60,325 nt of DNA from NCBI GenBank assembly GCA_029210695.1, contig JARGFH010000021.1:1-60325 (forward strand), in the 5' to 3' direction. Below the pieces are notes generated by a model, which searched no databases, was not told where the DNA came from, and saw only the letters and a list, made by a program, of their open reading frames with translations. Positions 19,905 through 30,149 of this stretch are shown piece after piece. Origin of the DNA: Acidimicrobiia bacterium. Its GTDB lineage: Bacteria > Actinomycetota > Acidimicrobiia > Spongiisociales > JAHEDJ01. The position numbers were made by a program, and so were the translations under genes. Position 1 is the first letter of the stretch; each line of letters begins with the position of its first letter.

Positions 19905-20765
19905 GTGACGGAATGGCGGGAATGGCCTGCTTGGCGGCATGTGGTGGCCGCCGCCCACGACCAGGTCGGTAGCGCCGCCACCGTCGGTGCAGACGCCGCC
20001 CGGGCGGTCGGCGACCTCCTGACGAAGGTTGCCGGCGTTACACCGGAAGCCTTCCCGGCTGCCATTCTCGATGCAGTCGACCTGCTGGTCGCCAATCAGC
20101 AGGCAATGGCCCCGATCATGAATCTTCGCAACGCGGTCTACCTCCACGCGTCGGAAGGTCCGGAGGCCGTGGCCGCGGCGGTGGCGGATCTCGAACGCCG
20201 CATTCGAGAAAGCTGGCGGGGTATCGCCGAGGTCGGTGTTGCGCTCATCCCGCCCGGCGGGACTGTTCTCATCCACTCGGCCTCGAGCACCGTTCGCACC
20301 GTGCTCGAGGTGGCCAGGGATCAGAGCGATTTCGACGTCGTGTGCACCAGGGCGATGCCAATCGGAGAGGGCATCGCCATGGCCGCCGAGTTGCGGGACG
20401 CCGGATTCGATGTCGAACTCATCGACGATGAGTTCGCCATTGAAGTGTTGCCGGGGATGGATGTCGTTATGGCCGGCGCAGATGCGATCGGCCCGGCGCA
20501 AGTCATCAACAAGGTCGGGACGGCAGTGCTCGCCGGTGCTGCCAAAGCGATTGGGGTTTCGTTCTACCTGGTGGCAGCCACCGAGAAGATCCTCCCTGAG
20601 GTGCTGTTCAACGCGGCGCTTCAGCGGCGGGGGAGAGAGGACCTCAGCGAGGCTATCGCCCTTGATGTGTTCTCGGGAGTTGTCACCGAGATCGGCTTGC
20701 TCGACGCCGCTGCAGTTGCTGCTTACGCAGGGTCGCTGGCAGTGGCTGAAGGCCTGGCGATTTAG
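19905..20765 (+). CDS. eIF-2B alpha/beta/delta-like (IF-2B family) protein
   Basis: IHSASSTV, PIGEG, GADAI, INKVGT, VVTEIG; GGAGG SD. Confidence 0.8.
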   Translation: MTEWREWPAWRHVVAAAHDQVGSAATVGADAARAVGDLLTKVAGVTPEAFPAAILDAVDLLVANQQAMAPIMNLRNAVYLHASEGPEAVAAAVADLERRIRESWRGIAEVGVALIPPGGTVLIHSASSTVRTVLEVARDQSDFDVVCTRAMPIGEGIAMAAELRDAGFDVELIDDEFAIEVLPGMDVVMAGADAIGPAQVINKVGTAVLAGAAKAIGVSFYLVAATEKILPEVLFNAALQRRGREDLSEAIALDVFSGVVTEIGLLDAAAVAAYAGSLAVAEGLAI

Positions 20766-20768
20766 CGG

Positions 20769-21692
20769 TCAGCTTTTTTCTACAGCTTTAGGGACGACGA
20801 CCTGCAACGCTTCCGGTTCTATTCCGATCACGATGAGGTCCGATCGTCCGAGCCATTCGCCGTCGGCCTGTGATGCTTCTTCAGGCTCGGCTTCGATTGT
20901 GAGTTGCCGGACGTCTCTCCACACATGCACTCCCCGCACGTCCTCCAACTGCCGTCCGCGGATCGCTCTGAGGAGGATTGCCGGTGCTCGGCGGGCGGGC
21001 AGCTTCTCGAAGATGACGACCGATAAACCGTCACCGGCCGGGACGCCAAGCGGAACCCTGCCGAAATAGGTGTAAGGGGCGTGTATCTGGGCAAGGACGG
21101 TCACCGCGTGGGCCCTACGGACTCCGTCGGTTACGCGCAGTTGGGGCTTCCTGGTGCGATAGTCCTTGAGCAGAGAAGACACCGCGCTCCGGGCGTAGTG
21201 AACGGATCCGAACCAGTATTTCCGATACGGCTGTGCCTCGGATCGTTCGACCACATCTGCGTCGTAGCCGACGCCTGCTCCAAACGTCGCATATGAACTC
21301 GAAGGCGGATCACCGAGATCGACGCGCGCCATGGGCATCGAGATCCGATGCCCACCACCCGTCAGCAGGTCGGCGGCCTTGCGAGGGCGGTTGGGGATGC
21401 CGAGGATGCGGGCAAGCACGTTGGTCGTTCCCGCCGGAATGATGCCCAGGGCGGTATCGGTGCCGGCGAGGCCGTTGGCGACATGGTGGACGACACCATC
21501 GCCGCCGAAGCCGACGACCACGTCGAAGCCGTCGTCTGCTGCTTCGGCGGACACGGCCCTTGCCTCGTCAGGGTTCATGGGCCAGGCCGGCTCGATCTCG
21601 TAGGAGCCGGCCAGCATCGAAGTTATGGTTCGAAACAAGCCTCCGGTGAAACCAGAGGCGGCCGGGTTGGCAACGAGGAGCAGCTTCTTCAC
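20769..21692 (-). CDS. diacylglycerol/lipid kinase family protein
   Basis: ANPAAS, GGDG, PAGTTNVLAR, QADGE. Confidence 0.92.
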   Translation of the reverse strand: MKKLLLVANPAASGFTGGLFRTITSMLAGSYEIEPAWPMNPDEARAVSAEAADDGFDVVVGFGGDGVVHHVANGLAGTDTALGIIPAGTTNVLARILGIPNRPRKAADLLTGGGHRISMPMARVDLGDPPSSSYATFGAGVGYDADVVERSEAQPYRKYWFGSVHYARSAVSSLLKDYRTRKPQLRVTDGVRRAHAVTVLAQIHAPYTYFGRVPLGVPAGDGLSVVIFEKLPARRAPAILLRAIRGRQLEDVRGVHVWRDVRQLTIEAEPEEASQADGEWLGRSDLIVIGIEPEALQVVVPKAVEKS

Positions 21693-21765
21693 GCCGCGAG
21701 AGTACTCCTGCGCGGGCGCCTACCCGGTTCAAGGTCGGATACGGCGTCGTTATGATGTCTGGCGC

Positions 21766-22701
21766 ATGCAGACCAGGATGTCCACCGTTCATGATTCGGG
21801 CGCAGGAGCCTTGCTCGGACTGGCGGCCGGCGATCAAGGTGCGGGGGCTGCCTACGGTCACCATTCGCAACTGGCGATGGTTGTCGCCTATGAGTTGCTC
21901 CGTCGGGGAGAAGTCGAACAGGTGCGGGTGCGCGAAGCGCTTACGCGTCTGACCGGGGGCCGGTCGGGCCGATCGCGGGTGCGCGGAGCGCCGCTATGGA
22001 TCCACAGCTACCTCGAGCAAGAGCGGGTTCATGGCCTCGGGTCCGGGCCGCACGGTGGATTCGACGTAGCGACCCGCGCGGTTCCGATCGGGATCTGGCA
22101 TCGCAGTCGGCCTTCCGAACTGGTCGCCGACTCCATCCGCGCCGCCACCTCGACCCACACCGATAGGGCATCTGCTGTGGTTGCCGCCGCTCTGTCGGGG
22201 ACGATCGCAGGTATTTCACATGGCCAGTACGGGCGGGATCTGGTGACCGGGGCCCTGGAAGTCGGCCGGATGGCGCAGGCGCGGGTCGATGGCGATCCCG
22301 GTCTCGTCGGTGAAACGGCGACCGTGCTCAACTCGCTCGAGTCCCTGATCGGCCTGGTCGGCGAGTCGCCCGAGAAGATCGTCGAGCAGCTAGAACCGGA
22401 GCGGGAGTCGCTGGACTCGGTCCTCGCTTCCATCGTCATCGGAGCCCCATTGCTCCAGGATCCATTCAGAGTCATCGCGGATGTTGCCAGGGTGCGGCGA
22501 AGGGACCTCGACGTCGTTGTATCGGCGATGGTCGGTGCCAGGGTCGGCGTTGTGCGCTGGCCGTCATCAGTTGCCAATGACACCTGGTTCGCCGAGATCG
22601 GGCGCCGACTGGCAGCACACGAGAAGACGGTTGACGACCTCCCAGACCTCTTCGAAGTCGAAGAGCGGTTGTCGCACGGACCACCGGGCGGATACCGGTA
22701 G
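21766..22701 (+). CDS. ADP-ribosylglycohydrolase-like protein (degenerate active site)
   Basis: GALLGLAAGD, RAVPIG, STH, AMVGA; TDD motif absent. Confidence 0.7.
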   Translation: MQTRMSTVHDSGAGALLGLAAGDQGAGAAYGHHSQLAMVVAYELLRRGEVEQVRVREALTRLTGGRSGRSRVRGAPLWIHSYLEQERVHGLGSGPHGGFDVATRAVPIGIWHRSRPSELVADSIRAATSTHTDRASAVVAAALSGTIAGISHGQYGRDLVTGALEVGRMAQARVDGDPGLVGETATVLNSLESLIGLVGESPEKIVEQLEPERESLDSVLASIVIGAPLLQDPFRVIADVARVRRRDLDVVVSAMVGARVGVVRWPSSVANDTWFAEIGRRLAAHEKTVDDLPDLFEVEERLSHGPPGGYR

Positions 22702-22730
22702 TAGGCAATCCGGTAGCAGACCCCGGAACT

Positions 22731-23963
22731 TCAGGACTCTGAGGGCAGCCGGATCTTCCCGAGCACGATTCTGGCCGCAACGAGGAAGACGATGAGCGCA
22801 CCGACCGCGAAGGAGCGCCCCAGGTTGAGCCGATCGACGATGATTCCCCAGGTGAGCGGGCCGAGCACGGTGGCGAACCGCCCGACCATTCCGTACAGCC
22901 CGTAGAATTCGCCGATTGATTCCTGCGGCGAGAGGCGGACCATATAGACCCGGTCGCTCGCCCAGGTGGCGCCGAGGGCGATGCCACCCACGATGCCGAG
23001 GAACCACCCGAGCGCCGGTACATGCGCCTCCGCCGCCACGATCCCCAAACCCATCGCCACCATCCACATATACAGGGCTGCGTGGAGGATGCGGCGGGGC
23101 CCGAACCGATCAACGAGCCGGCCGCCGCCGAACCCGCCGAACATCGCGCCGATGATCGCGCCGCCGAGCAGGAGTTCCATCTCGGCGCGTTCGAACCCGA
23201 TCTCGTCGATAACGAACACCGCCAGGAACCCGCCGATCATCGTGTTGATGGCGTCGGAGTAGAGGAAACGGCCAACCAGGAAGCGAGTCAGGCCCGGATA
23301 CTGCGCAGCCCTACGCCAGGACACCGCCAGTTGCCGGAACCCGTCTCGCCACGCCGGCGGCGGAGTATCGGGACGCCGGCGAGGACGCTCGCGAACAAAC
23401 AAGAAGGTCGGTATGGAAAACACCAGGAAGGCAGCGGCCAGGGAGCGAAAGAGGGCGGGATAGCCGAGGTCGAGCCCATCGAGCACGGTGCGACCGATGA
23501 TGACTGCCATGAATGATCCGAAGTAGCCGACTCCAATGCCGATGCCGGAAATCCGGCCCCGATTCTCAGGGGTGGATACGTCCGGCAGCATGGAGTCGTA
23601 GACAACCGAACCGAGATTGAACCCGATCAGCGCCAGACCATAGACGGCCAGAGACCAGATAACCGGCAGTGACGCCAGTAACGCCGTGGCGCCAACGGCC
23701 ACCAGCGTTGTTATCGCCAGATAGGGGACCCGGCGCGGAGCATGGTCGGTGCGGGCGCCGATCCAGGGGTTGGCGAGAATCACGACCAGCATGGCGGCGG
23801 CGATCGTGTAGGAAAGCGCTTCGTCGGGTTGGCCTTCGACGTCGGTTACCCAGGTGGCGAAATACAGGCCCTGGACTCCGAGGGCAAAGATCGTGTTGGC
23901 GAGATCGTAGGTTGCCCAGGCGGCGACGCTCGATCGGGGTGGCGTCCAGGCCTGAGCAGTCAG
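22731..23963 (-). CDS. MFS transporter, UMF1/Atg22-like (probable CTG start)
   Basis: WATYDLANT, VYDSMLP and GEFYGLY motifs; the first motif lies upstream of the first ATG (23792). Confidence 0.85.
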   Translation of the reverse strand: MTAQAWTPPRSSVAAWATYDLANTIFALGVQGLYFATWVTDVEGQPDEALSYTIAAAMLVVILANPWIGARTDHAPRRVPYLAITTLVAVGATALLASLPVIWSLAVYGLALIGFNLGSVVYDSMLPDVSTPENRGRISGIGIGVGYFGSFMAVIIGRTVLDGLDLGYPALFRSLAAAFLVFSIPTFLFVRERPRRRPDTPPPAWRDGFRQLAVSWRRAAQYPGLTRFLVGRFLYSDAINTMIGGFLAVFVIDEIGFERAEMELLLGGAIIGAMFGGFGGGRLVDRFGPRRILHAALYMWMVAMGLGIVAAEAHVPALGWFLGIVGGIALGATWASDRVYMVRLSPQESIGEFYGLYGMVGRFATVLGPLTWGIIVDRLNLGRSFAVGALIVFLVAARIVLGKIRLPSES

Positions 23964-25042
23964 AAGGTCACCGCCACCGCCAGGAGTTCATCCCTCCCCA
24001 ATACGCCGCCGGCGGCTTGCATTGCGCGTCCGGCTTCCGCCAGTGGGAACTCGTGAGAGACGATCTGATCGATACGATCGTCGACGGCCAGATGCCGGGT
24101 CGCCCAGTGGTATCCGGCCGAGCTGGCGCCGAAGGCGCCGCGAACCGTCAGCTCCTTGACCACGACGATGTCCGAAAACAATTGATGGATGGCGTTGGTG
24201 CCCTTTGTTGAAGCGAGCACGACGCGCCCGCCGGCCCGGACGAGGTCGAGCCCCATGAAGATCGCTTCCGGGTCGTCGCTGGTGACATCGAGAATGATGT
24301 CGGGGCGGGCGCCCAGGGAATCGGCGACGGCACCACCGACATCTCCTGCCTCGACATTCATGACCATGTCGGCGCCCAGTTTGGTCGCCATCCTCAAGCG
24401 GTCTGTGTCGTGGGGGAGTCCGGCCACGCCGACCCAGCCTGCTCCGGCGGCTTTGGCGGCGATCAGCGCCGAGAGCCCGCGCGGACCCGGCCCCAGGATC
24501 AAGACGTTCTCTCCGGCCTGGAGTTGGGGGAGCTCTACTACCCACGTGAAGCCGGCCGCCAGCGCGTGGGCGAACGTGCCGACTTCGGCGGGAATGTCGT
24601 CGGAGAGGGCATGGAGGCGAGCACCAGGATCCAGATAGACGTATTCGGCCAATCCGCCCCACAGCGCCGGGGGCTCCTTCGATGAGAGGTGACCGTAGGC
24701 GTTGACCGGCCGGCGGTACGTGCAACTCAGCACGCCGTTCATGCAACGGCTGCAAGCCCCACAACGGATTCCGGTCTCCAGCACCACCCTGGTTCCGATG
24801 GGAAAGGAAATGGAGTCGTCCATCACTTCGGCGACGCGCCCGACGATCTCGTGCCCGGGGATGAGTGGGTAATCCAGGCGGCGGTTGGTCCCGTTCCAGG
24901 CGTGAACCTCGACCCCGGAAATGCCGGTAGATTCGACGGCCAGCCACCCACCGGTCTCGATCTCGAGCATCGGCAAGCGTGTGGGGGTGAGCCGGCCGGG
25001 GCCAACCAGCAGCATGGCCCGCGCAGTTGAGCCCGTCAGCAT
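23960..25042 (-). CDS. MDR zinc-binding alcohol dehydrogenase family protein
   Basis: GHEIVG, structural Zn CGACSRC...C, GPGPRG. Confidence 0.88.
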   Translation of the reverse strand: MLTGSTARAMLLVGPGRLTPTRLPMLEIETGGWLAVESTGISGVEVHAWNGTNRRLDYPLIPGHEIVGRVAEVMDDSISFPIGTRVVLETGIRCGACSRCMNGVLSCTYRRPVNAYGHLSSKEPPALWGGLAEYVYLDPGARLHALSDDIPAEVGTFAHALAAGFTWVVELPQLQAGENVLILGPGPRGLSALIAAKAAGAGWVGVAGLPHDTDRLRMATKLGADMVMNVEAGDVGGAVADSLGARPDIILDVTSDDPEAIFMGLDLVRAGGRVVLASTKGTNAIHQLFSDIVVVKELTVRGAFGASSAGYHWATRHLAVDDRIDQIVSHEFPLAEAGRAMQAAGGVLGRDELLAVAVTF

Positions 25043-25064
25043 CGTGGTCGGGAGTGTACCGGGG

Positions 25065-26258
25065 TCAGGATGCCAGGAACTCGGCCAGTCGCCGGACGCC
25101 CTCTTCCAGGTCCGCATCGCCGAGCGCATACGACAAGCGAGCGAAACCCGGCGCGCCGAACGCCTCGCCGGGAACGATCGCTACATGTGCCTCCTCGAGT
25201 GCGAGCTCAGCCAGCTCCAGGGTTGACTCCGGACGGTGTCCGCGGATGCTGGTTCCGAGCAGGGCCTCGAATGAGGGGAAGGCGTAGAACGCCCCTTTCG
25301 GTTCGATGACGCTGACGCCGTTGATCGCTTTCAGCATCCTGTACATCGTCCGTCGCCTGCGATCGAATGCCTTGCGCATCTCCTCGGCGGGTTCCATCGG
25401 CCCCGTCAATGCAGCGAGAGCTGCAGCCTGCGAGACATTGGCCACGTTCGAGGTGGAGTGCGACTGTAGGTTGGCGGCTGCCTTGATCACGTCGTTTGGG
25501 CCAATCATCCATCCAACCCGCCAGCCCGTCATTGCGTACGTCTTGGCGACGCCGTTGACGACGATGCAGCGATCGCGGATTTCGGGGACGAGCGCGGGAA
25601 TCGACGAGAAGGCCGTGTCGCCGTAGATCAGATGGTCGTAGATTTCATCGGTGATTACCCATACATCGTGTTCGGCCGCCCAGCGACCGATGGCCGCGAC
25701 GTCCGCGGGGGGATATACGGCGCCGGTCGGATTGGAGGGGGAAACGAAGATGAGTGCTTTCGTGCGGTCCGTTCTTGCCTGTTCGAGTTGGTCGACCGTT
25801 ACCTGGAATCCTGTGGAATCATCGGTGGGGAGGACGACCGGCAAGCCCCCTGCCAACCCGACTGCCTCGGGGTACGTGACCCAGTACGGGGCAGGTAACA
25901 GCACCTCATCGCCCGGGTCGATGATGCTGGCCAGCGCCGCAAACACGGCATGCTTTCCGCCGTTGGTGATTAGAACCTGCGATGCGGTGACCTCGTAGCT
26001 AGAGTCACGCATCGTCATCTGCGCGACGGCTTCTCGAAGTTCCGGCATACCCGCCACTGGTCCGTACTTGTGCATCTTCGGGTCCCGGCAGGCTGCGATG
26101 GCAGCCTCCACAATATGGTCGGGAGTTGGGAAATCCGGCTCACCGGCTCCGAATCCAATCACGTCTACGCCTTGTGATCGCAGCGTCTTTGCTTTGGCCG
26201 TTACGGCCATCGTGGCCGATTCGGCGATGGAACCGATGCGGTGTGAAATGCGTGACAT
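25065..26258 (-). CDS. PLP-dependent aminotransferase class I (aspartate aminotransferase-like)
   Basis: [33 protein letters not shown]. Confidence 0.95.
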   Translation of the reverse strand: MSRISHRIGSIAESATMAVTAKAKTLRSQGVDVIGFGAGEPDFPTPDHIVEAAIAACRDPKMHKYGPVAGMPELREAVAQMTMRDSSYEVTASQVLITNGGKHAVFAALASIIDPGDEVLLPAPYWVTYPEAVGLAGGLPVVLPTDDSTGFQVTVDQLEQARTDRTKALIFVSPSNPTGAVYPPADVAAIGRWAAEHDVWVITDEIYDHLIYGDTAFSSIPALVPEIRDRCIVVNGVAKTYAMTGWRVGWMIGPNDVIKAAANLQSHSTSNVANVSQAAALAALTGPMEPAEEMRKAFDRRRRTMYRMLKAINGVSVIEPKGAFYAFPSFEALLGTSIRGHRPESTLELAELALEEAHVAIVPGEAFGAPGFARLSYALGDADLEEGVRRLAEFLAS

Positions 26259-26323
26259 GACGATTCGCTTTCGTTGCGGCGATCGACTGTGATGTCGGTC
26301 GAGTTGGAACAATAGTGGTGGAG

Positions 26324-27439
26324 ATGTCGACACAAATCGTGATACCCCAGCACCTCTTGCCGGGAGATGGTCGGTTCGGGTCCGGTCCGACCAAGGTGCG
26401 GCGAGAGGCACTCGATGCGCTGGTGGCCGCGGGTCCGGCCTACCTCGGCACCAGTCACCGCCGCCCCGCCGTCAGAGATGTCGTCGGTCGTGTCCGCGCC
26501 GGGCTCAACTCCCTGTACGGCCTACCCGATGGATACGAAGTGGTGCTCGGCCTCGGCGGAGCAACTGCCTTCTGGGATGCGGCGGCGTTCGGGTTGATCG
26601 AGAAGCGGAGCGAACATCTCGTGTTCGGAGAGTTCTCCGCCAAGTTTGCAGCCTCGGTCGCCATGGCTCCTCACCTCGAGACTCCCCGGATCGTTGAGTC
26701 GGAGCCCGGTACGCATCCTGAGGTGATGACCGACGGCTCTGTTGATGCCTACGCCTTCACCCACAATGAAACAACCACCGGAGTCGTGATGCCGATCGTT
26801 CGGCCGGCCGCGGATGGCATTGTGCTGGTAGATGCGACTTCAGCGGCGGGGGCGGTTCCGGTTGACCCAGCCCAATTCGATGCGTACTACTTCTCACTGC
26901 AGAAGGCCTTCGGCTCCGAGGGGGGGCTGTGGATCTCGCTGATGTCGCCCGCCGCGCTCGAGCGCGTCGAGACAATCTCCGGAAGCGGGCGCTATGTGCC
27001 GCCGTTCCTGGATCTCAAGCAAGCAGTCGACAACTCCCGCAAGGATCAAACACTGAATACACCGGCCCTGACGACGCTCTTCCTCATGGCGGATCAGTTG
27101 GCGTGGATGGATGAGCGCGGCGGCCTCGCCTGGGCGGTCGGGCGGGCGGAAGAGAACGCGGCTGCGGTGTACGGATGGGCCGAGTCGGTTCCCTACGCCA
27201 CGCCGTTCGTTTCCTCAGTTCCGGCCCGGTCGCCGGTGACTGCCACGATCGACTTCACCGGCGTCGATGCCCTGGAAGTTGCTTCTGTGCTTCGGGCGAA
27301 CGGCGTTCTCGATGTCGAGCCGTATCGGAAGTTGGGCCGGAATCAGCTCAGAATCGGGATGTGGCCTGCGATCCCTCTCGATGATATCGAGTCGCTCATT
27401 GCGTCAATCGAATTCGTCGTCGCCGCCGTGAGCACCTGA
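26324..27439 (+). CDS. serC: phosphoserine aminotransferase (actinobacterial type)
   Basis: [42 protein letters not shown]. Confidence 0.93.
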   Translation: MSTQIVIPQHLLPGDGRFGSGPTKVRREALDALVAAGPAYLGTSHRRPAVRDVVGRVRAGLNSLYGLPDGYEVVLGLGGATAFWDAAAFGLIEKRSEHLVFGEFSAKFAASVAMAPHLETPRIVESEPGTHPEVMTDGSVDAYAFTHNETTTGVVMPIVRPAADGIVLVDATSAAGAVPVDPAQFDAYYFSLQKAFGSEGGLWISLMSPAALERVETISGSGRYVPPFLDLKQAVDNSRKDQTLNTPALTTLFLMADQLAWMDERGGLAWAVGRAEENAAAVYGWAESVPYATPFVSSVPARSPVTATIDFTGVDALEVASVLRANGVLDVEPYRKLGRNQLRIGMWPAIPLDDIESLIASIEFVVAAVST

Positions 27440-27443
27440 CCGG

Positions 27444-27692
27444 ATGTCCGACCAAACCGACCGGTCCGACTGGGCGACGGCCGCCGGTTATCTAGGTTTG
27501 CTGAGTGTGCTCATCATCCCGGCGCCGCTGGCGGTGGCGGCCGGCATCGCCGGCCTGAGAGACATACGGCGAGCTCGCCAGCGAACTGGTAGGAGTCTCG
27601 GCGGACGCGGCCGGGCGGTCTTCGGGATCGCGGTGGGTTCGATCTTCACGGTGGTTCTGGCGTGGGGAATCGTGGCCCTGGCTCTGGGATGA
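27444..27692 (+). CDS. DUF4190-like small membrane protein
   Basis: AAGYLGLLS...GIAGLRDI...GRGRAVFGI with two TM segments. Confidence 0.7.
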   Translation: MSDQTDRSDWATAAGYLGLLSVLIIPAPLAVAAGIAGLRDIRRARQRTGRSLGGRGRAVFGIAVGSIFTVVLAWGIVALALG

Positions 27693-27704
27693 AGACCTCT
27701 ACAC

Positions 27705-27754
27705 CTTCTGGCGTCAAGAACCCGCCAGAAACGCGCGCTTTCTAACGCCAGAAG
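27705..27754. repeat. REP-like imperfect palindrome
   Basis: CTTCTGGCGT.../...ACGCCAGAAG arms between convergent genes. Confidence 0.65.
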
Positions 27755-27763
27755 AGGTGGGAA

Positions 27764-28426
27764 CTAGAGGCTCACGTCGATGAGGAGCCGGTGGGGTCGG
27801 TATACGGCGCGATTCAGGGGCGACAACTCCGCCAGCGGATGCACGATGACGACGATCTGGCGGCCGCCGGCTTTGGCCTTCAGTGCCGCGTCGGCGATGC
27901 GTGATGTCGTCCAGAAACGGGAGGCTGTGCTTGCCACGCCGGGCGCCAGGAGCGCGGCGGCCTCTTCGGGTGGGGCTACGGAGATCGGGTAGTTCAGGTA
28001 GCCGAGACCTTTGGAGATGGCCCGCCGATCTGTGAAGAGCTGCGCCCGCGAACCACCGAGTTGCGCGGCGGCCTCGAGCATGGAGAGCGTCGACCGTCCG
28101 AGTGACATCACTCCGAGCGATTCGTGGTGGGCATTGCGCAACCCAAGATCCGAACTCCACGAGTTGTCTCCGAGTTGGACGATGGCCGCCACCAGTCCGC
28201 GTCGGACCCGCTCAGGATCAGGATCCAGGGCCCGCTCGGTGATCGCCAGGATGAGCGGCTGGTCGTGGCGCCGATCCCGCAGCATTCGCGCCGCTTCCAG
28301 GCCGGCGCCGGCCCAGTCCTGATCGACGAGTTCTAGCAACCCTTCGGCTGCGCGAAGGGAGGTATCGACCGGGTCCGCCCACTCGTCCTGGGCGGCATCG
28401 CGGAGCAGTTCGAACGGCCGGGACAT
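27764..28426 (-). CDS. hypothetical protein, possibly a degenerate IF-2B-like fold
   Basis: Clean ORF filling the gap; helical N-terminus then an alpha/beta part; weak resemblance to 19905..20765. Confidence 0.55.
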   Translation of the reverse strand: MSRPFELLRDAAQDEWADPVDTSLRAAEGLLELVDQDWAGAGLEAARMLRDRRHDQPLILAITERALDPDPERVRRGLVAAIVQLGDNSWSSDLGLRNAHHESLGVMSLGRSTLSMLEAAAQLGGSRAQLFTDRRAISKGLGYLNYPISVAPPEEAAALLAPGVASTASRFWTTSRIADAALKAKAGGRQIVVIVHPLAELSPLNRAVYRPHRLLIDVSL

Positions 28427-28601
28427 CAGGCGACTGCCGGACTGGTGGCTTCGCATCGCGCTGCAAGGAGAGAAACCTCTCGTCCGCATGCTGAGACTTC
28501 GATATGCATGGCGCCTCCCTTCGTGAACCTAGTCTTGATGCTGGAGACTTGCGGGTCACCATGGAATAGGCTTGCGTCAAGAGACTCCGGGAGGTACCAC
28601 A

Positions 28602-30149
28602 GTGTTTGAACCGTTCGCCAATGAGCCTTACAGCGATTTCACCGTCGAGGAGAATGCCGCCGCCTATCGCCAAGCCATTGAGGGAGTGCGCGCCCGGCTG
28701 GGACGCCACTATCCGTTGATCGTCGGCGGCATCGGCGTCGACACCGAAGATCGTATCGAGAGCGTCAATCCGGCGAGGCCATCCGAACTCGTCGGGACTG
28801 TTGCGTCGGCTACCTCCGAAATCGCCGAACAGGCGATCGCGGCTGCGTGGGAGGCATTCCCGGCTTGGTCGGCGATGTCCGCAGAGGCTCGGGCCAGAAC
28901 GGTCGTGAAGCTGGCTGCGATTCTCCGGCGGCGCAAGTACGAGCTGTCTGCCTGGCAGACCTTCGAAGCCTCGAAGAACTACCTCGAAGCCGAGGCAGAC
29001 GTCGCAGAGGCGATCGACTTCTGTGACTACTACGCGCGGCAGGCCGTCGCCATAGCCGAACCCCTGCCGGTGCTGTCGTTTCCGAACGAAGACAACGAAT
29101 CACATCTGGTTCCCCTCGGTGTCGGCGTGGTGATTCCGCCCTGGAACTTTCCGCTGGCGATCCTGGCCGGCATGACCATCGGGCCCGTGGCGGCCGGCAA
29201 CACGGTTGTCGTCAAACCCGCCTCCACGACGCCGGTCATCGCCGCGCAATTCATGGCTGCCGTCGAAGAAGCAGGCTTCCCACCCGGAGTCATCAACTTC
29301 CTGCCAGGACCGGGCAGTCGGGTGGGTGACACGCTGGTCGACCATCCCCGTACCCGCTTCATCAACTTCACCGGCTCGAAGGAAATCGGGCTGCGGATCG
29401 CCGAACGTTCCGCCAAGGTCAATCCCGGGCAGCGTTGGCTGAAGCGTGCCTATATGGAGATGGGAGGCAAAGACGCACAGGTCGTTGACGAGACGGCCGA
29501 TCTCGAGGCGGCGGCCAGAGCGGCGGTGGCCGGCGCGTTCGGGTTCCAGGGACAGAAGTGCTCCGCATGTTCGCGGCTCATCGTGGTCGACGACGTGTAC
29601 GACGAGCTTCTCGACAAGGTGGTCGGGTACGCCTCCGAGCTGGTGGTCGGTCCGGCGGTCGACAACCGGCAGGTCACTGCGGTGATCAGCGCCGCCCAAC
29701 ATCGGACCATTCTCGATGAGATCGAAAAAGGCAAGCAGGAAGCGAAACTCGTGCTCGGGGGGTCGGCCATCGACCTGGATGGCGGCTACTACATCGAACC
29801 CACGATCTTCGCCGAGGTCGAGCCGAACGGTCGCCTTGCACAGTTCGAGATCTTCGGCCCGGTGCTCTCAGTCATACGCGCTCGCGATTTCGAGCATGCC
29901 GTTGAGATCGCCAACGGGACCGAGTACGGATTGACGGGCGGAGTGTTCACGAAACGGCGCGACCGGGTGGAGTATGCCCGCCGGACCTTCCACGTGGGCA
30001 ATCTCTACATCAATCGAAAGATCACGGGCGCCCTCGTAGGGGTGCAGCCGTTCGGCGGGTTCAACATGTCCGGGTCGAATGCCAAGGCGGGGGGTCCCGG
30101 ATACCTGCGCCTCTTCACGGAGATGAAATCGGTCACCGAACGCTGGTGA
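28602..30149 (+). CDS. rocA: L-glutamate gamma-semialdehyde (P5C) dehydrogenase
   Basis: FANEP, EAIDF, PWNFP, FTGS, EMGGK, FQGQKCSACSR, EIFGP; GGAGG SD. Confidence 0.93.
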   Translation: MFEPFANEPYSDFTVEENAAAYRQAIEGVRARLGRHYPLIVGGIGVDTEDRIESVNPARPSELVGTVASATSEIAEQAIAAAWEAFPAWSAMSAEARARTVVKLAAILRRRKYELSAWQTFEASKNYLEAEADVAEAIDFCDYYARQAVAIAEPLPVLSFPNEDNESHLVPLGVGVVIPPWNFPLAILAGMTIGPVAAGNTVVVKPASTTPVIAAQFMAAVEEAGFPPGVINFLPGPGSRVGDTLVDHPRTRFINFTGSKEIGLRIAERSAKVNPGQRWLKRAYMEMGGKDAQVVDETADLEAAARAAVAGAFGFQGQKCSACSRLIVVDDVYDELLDKVVGYASELVVGPAVDNRQVTAVISAAQHRTILDEIEKGKQEAKLVLGGSAIDLDGGYYIEPTIFAEVEPNGRLAQFEIFGPVLSVIRARDFEHAVEIANGTEYGLTGGVFTKRRDRVEYARRTFHVGNLYINRKITGALVGVQPFGGFNMSGSNAKAGGPGYLRLFTEMKSVTERW

